Source of the DNA: Anaeramoeba ignava BMAN
Lineage: Eukaryota > Protista > Anaeramoebae
Assembly: GCA_028826165.1 (NCBI GenBank)
Contig: JAPDFW010000072.1
Span: 248,001-312,000 of the forward strand
Length of the DNA stretch: 64,000 nucleotides
Direction of reading: 5' to 3'
Below are positions 59,583 to 64,000 of this stretch, one piece after another. Position 1 is the first letter of the stretch; each line of letters opens with the position of its first letter. Under the pieces are notes generated by a model. The model was not told the DNA's origin and did no database searches. It saw nothing but the letters and a program-made list of their open reading frames with translations. A program made the translations under genes and the position numbers.

Positions 59583-61687
59583 TTAATTGGAATTTTGATT
59601 TTGATTGGAATTTTGATTATCTAAATTTTCACATTTTCTCAATTCATTATATTTTGAATCTTCAAGTTCTTTTTCAGCAAAATCTCTATCTTTTTGAATA
59701 GCTTGAAGTAATTCATCTAAAAAAAAATGGAACAAAAGAATTAAAGAAAAAAAATTAAATTAAAATTTTTTGATTATTTATTTACCAATTGAAGAAAATT
59801 TAATCAAAGGACGAATATAACCACAAATTATTAGAGATAAATGTTCATTATAAAAATCTTGATTAAATTCATGTAAAAGATGTGCTTCAACAGTTTTGAT
59901 TTTATTTTCAAAAGAAGGATTACATCCAATTGTCATAACCATTTTAAAAATTCCAAATTTATTCAATTTTGCAAATCCAAAAAAAACTCCTGTTGAAAGT
60001 TTTTGAAAATCTTCTGAATATTCAAGATTTGCTGATTAAAAAAAACAATAAATATAATTATAAATTTAATTATTAATTTAATTATAAATATAATTATAAA
60101 TATAATTATAAATTTAATTATAAATTTAATTATAAATTTAATTATAAATTTAATTATAAATATAATTATAAATTTAATTATAAATTTAATTATAAATATA
60201 ATTATAAATTTAATTATAAATTTAATTATAAATATAATTATAAATTTAATTATAAATTTAATTATAAATATAATTATTAATTCAATTATAAATATAATAA
60301 ATTTAATTTTAATTATAAATTTAATTATAAATATAATTATAAATATAATTATTAATTCAATTATAAATATAATTATAAATTTAATTATAAATATAATTAT
60401 AAATTTAATTATAAATATAATTATAAATTTAATTATAAATTTAATTATAAATTTAATTATAAATTTAATTATAAATATAATTATAAATTTAATTATAAAT
60501 TTAATTATAAATATAATTATAAATTTAATTATAAATTTAATTATTAATTTAATTATAAATTTAATTATAAATTTAATTATAAATTTAATTATTAATTTAA
60601 TTATTAATATAATTATAAATTTAATTATAAATTTAATTATAAATTTAATTATAAATTTAATTATAAATTTAATTATAAATTTAATTATAAATATAATTAT
60701 AAATTTAATTATAAATTTAATTATAAATTTAATTATAAATTTAATTATAAATTTAATTATAAATTTAATTATAAATTTAATTATAAATTTAATTATAAAT
60801 TTAATTATAAATTTAATTATAAATTTAATTATAAATTTAATTATAAATTTAATTATAAATTTAATTATAAATTTAATTATAAATTTAATTATAAATTTAA
60901 TTATTAATTTAATTATTAATATAATTATAAATTTAATATAAAAATATAAATATAAATAATTATAAATATAATTATAAATATAATTATAAATTATAAATTC
61001 AATTATAAATATAATTATAAATTTAATTATAAATTTAATTATAAATTTAATTATAAATTTAATTATAAAATATAATTATAAATTTAATTATAAATTTAAT
61101 TATAAATATAATTATAAATTTAATTATAAATTTAATTATAAATTTTATTATAAATTTAATTATAAATATAATTATAAATTTAATTATAAATATAATTATA
61201 AATTTAATTATAAAAAATTTAATTATTAATTTAATTATAAATTTAATTATAAATATAATTATAAATTTAATTATAAATTTAATTATAAATTTAATTATAA
61301 ATTTAATTATAAATTTAATTATAAATTTAATTATAAATTTAATTATAAATTTAATTATAAATTTAATTATAAATTTAATTATAAATTTAATTATAAATTT
61401 AATTATAAATTTAATTATAAATTTAATTATAAATTTAATTATAAATTTAATTATAAATTTAATTATAAATTTAATTATAAATATAATTATAAATTTAATT
61501 ATAAATATAATTATTAATATAATTATTAATTTAATTATTAATATATTTATTAATTTAATAAATAAATACCAGTTGGAAACCCTATTTTTTTTCCTCTTCC
61601 AAATCCATGAATAACTTTTCCTTGTAAAATAAAAGGTTTTTCAATTAAATTTAATTTATTATTATCAATTTCATCATTTTTATTCAT
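59583..61687 (-). CDS. RFK: Riboflavin kinase; exons 61570-61687, 59786-60031, 59583-59716
   Basis: GKVIHGFGRGKKIGFPT|AN across the splice, TGVFFGFA, MVMTIGCNPSF, TVEAHLLHEFNQDFY, GYIRP, DELLQAIQKD. Confidence 0.93.
60050..61560. repeat. 12-bp satellite (AATTATAAATTT)n filling RFK intron 1
   Basis: About 1.5 kb of near-perfect 12-mers. Confidence 0.95.
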
Positions 61688-61829
61688 TTTTATTTTATTT
61701 TTAAAAAAGAAATAAAAGAAAAAAATGAAAAATGAAAAAATTCAAAAAATAACCAAAAAATCAACAAATTTAATTTTCAAAAGAATTTTATTTAAAATTT
61801 TAATCAAAATAAATAATTCTAATTAAAAT

Positions 61830-62220
61830 AATTCCTTTTTTAATCAAAAATTAAAACAAATATGGAAAAAGAAAAATTCAATTCATCAAGGAAAATAATT
61901 AATAATTGATTAAAAGATAAAATAATTCCTTTTTTAATCAATTATTAAAACAGAAAATCTAATTATTGAAAAAATTCAATTCATCAAGGAAAATAATTAA
62001 TACTTGATTAAAAGATAAAATATCTCCTTTTTTAATCAATTATTAAAACAGAAAATCTAATTATTGAAAAAATTCAATTCATCAAGGAAAGTAATTAATA
62101 ATTGATTAAAAGATAAAATATCTCCTTTTTTAATCAATTATTAAGTTAAAAATAAAGGAATAGAAAAGCAGAGAAATTTTCAATTCATCAAGGAAAATAA
62201 TTAATAAATAAAAGATAAAA
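61830..62220. repeat. ~98-bp tandem repeat (3-4 units) with internal hairpin
   Basis: TTCATCAAGG recurs at 61882, 61980, 62078 and 62184; 17-bp inverted arms at 61899-61915 and 61932-61948. Confidence 0.8.
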
Positions 62221-62418
62221 TAAGGTTTTTGTTAAAAAAATTTGAACTCTTTAGCAGGTAATTAAAAACCAATTATTGAATCTTTTTAAAAAGAAAAAGG
62301 AAATTTAAATTAATGTAAAGAAATAAAGAAAAAAAAATGAAAAAAAAAAGTTGTAAAAAAAAATATTTTTTCATTTTTTTAATTGTTTTACATTTTATTT
62401 TTTTCTTTAACTTTTTAA

Positions 62419-63001
62419 ATGGAAAATAAATCTAATCAAAATCAAAATCAAAATCAAGATACAATTTCAAAAGAAATAGAAAAATGGAAATCAATATTTC
62501 AAAAAAAACCAAAATTATCATCAATAAAAAAACCACAAAAAGCAGGATTTTTAACTAAAAAAGGTGTAGGAATGTTTAGTAATTGGAAAAGAAGATATTT
62601 TGTAGCAAAAGGACCTTTTATGTATTATTTTTTATCAGAAAAAGTACAAAAATAATAAAATATATTTAAAAAATATTTTTAAAAATATTTGAAAAATTTG
62701 AAAAAGCAAAATCTATAAAGAAAAATAATTAACATATTTTGATTGTGGTTAAATTTAATAGGACGATGAAAAAGCATTGGGAGTTATTTATCTCCGTAAT
62801 TGTACTTTATTAAAAAATCCAAATCCTTCAAAACAATTTGAATTTTCAATTGATACAATTGTTTCAAGAAAACCTGGAAAAAAAGCTGATTCAACAAGAA
62901 TTTATCAACTTTGTTCAACTAGTAGTTTAGAAAAAGATTCTTGGTGTGAAATTATTAGTCATTTTGCTCGACCAAAAGAAGATAATCTTTTGGATATTTA
63001 A
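62419..63001 (+). CDS. Stand-alone PH-domain protein; intron 62644-62761
   Basis: KAGFLTKKGVGMFSNWKRRYFV, ALGVIYL, RIYQLCSTSSLEKDSWCEII; in-frame phase-0 splice. Confidence 0.9.
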
Positions 63002-63235
63002 TCAAAAAAAATTAATCAAAAAAAATTAAATCAAAAAAAAGTGGAATAAAGAAAAAAAATTTTTTTTTTTGAAATTTCTTTCAAAGATTTAGTTAAGAAA
63101 TTAATTAAAATTGTATTAACTTTAATTTTTAATTTTTAATTTTTAATTTTTAATTTTTAATTTTTAATTTTTAATTTTTAATTTTTAATTTTAATTTTTA
63201 ATTTTTAATTTTAATTTTTAATTTTTAATTTTTAA

Positions 63236-64000
63236 TTTGAATTAATCTAAATATTTTAATTTGAATTAATATAAATATTTTAATTTGAATAAATATAAAT
63301 ATTTTAATTTGAATAAATATAAATATTTTAATTTGAATTAATATAAATATTTTAATTTGAATTAATAAAAATATTTTAAATTGAATTAATATAAATATTT
63401 TAATTTGAATTAATATAAATATTTTAATTTGAATTAATATAAATATTTTAATTTTGAATTAATATAATAATTTTAATTAATTTAAAATATAAATATTTTA
63501 ATTTGAATTAATATAAATATTTTAATTTGAATTAATATAAATATTTTTAATTTGAATTAATATAAATATTTGAATCAAATCTAAATAAAAAATTTGAATT
63601 AATATAAATATTTTAATTTGAATTAATCTAAATATTTTAATTTGAATTAATATAAATATTTTAATTTGAATTAATATAAATATTTTAATTTGAATTAATA
63701 TAAATATTTTAATTTGAATAAAATCTAAATATTTTAATTTGAATTAATATAAATATTTTTAATTTGAATTAATATAAATATTTTAATTTGAATTAATATA
63801 AATATTTTAAAATTGAATTAATATAAATATTTTAAAATTGAATAAATATAAATATTTTAAATTGAATAAATATAAATATTTAAAATTGAATTAATATAAA
63901 TATTTTAATTTTGAATTAATATAAATATTTTAATTTGAATAAATATAAATATTTAAAATTGAATTAATATAAATATTTTAATTTGAATAAATATAAATAT
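63236..64000. repeat. 24-bp satellite (TTTGAATTAATATAAATATTTTAA)n
   Basis: Tandem units to the window end. Confidence 0.9.

Noticed and set aside
61830-62220. CRISPR array or FMN riboswitch upstream of riboflavin kinase
   Set aside because: Units are whole tandem duplicates with no unique spacers, there are no cas genes, the context is eukaryotic and no recognisable RFN consensus is present.

Overview
Very AT-rich eukaryotic genomic DNA with short GT-AG introns, satellite-filled long introns, (QN)n coding linkers and intergenic spacers of about 100-270 bp. The style suggests an anaerobic protist, possibly an Anaeramoeba-like metamonad (inference only). Genes reconstructed by hand: three G-alpha/BTB fusion paralogs, a prenol kinase, a secreted DxDD-motif protein, a family-21-like aldehyde dehydrogenase, a Schlafen(AlbA_2)-STAND-TPR NLR-like gene, ten divergent actin paralogs interrupted by a long-chain acyl-CoA synthetase, a MATE-like transporter, an SLC35C1-like transporter, a small CHCH-like protein, eIF5, an ankyrin-repeat pseudokinase, Rictor fused to a villin headpiece, riboflavin kinase and a PH protein. 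The most striking structure is invisible in the ORF track. The ankyrin gene (48900-53485, minus) encodes each 33-aa repeat as a 96-nt exon plus a separate single-codon (3-nt) AG|NNN|GT micro-exon. There are 14 such micro-exons, four of them consecutive. Many 1-nt frameshifts in homopolymers and a smeared local duplication indicate consensus errors, so pseudogene calls are withheld.
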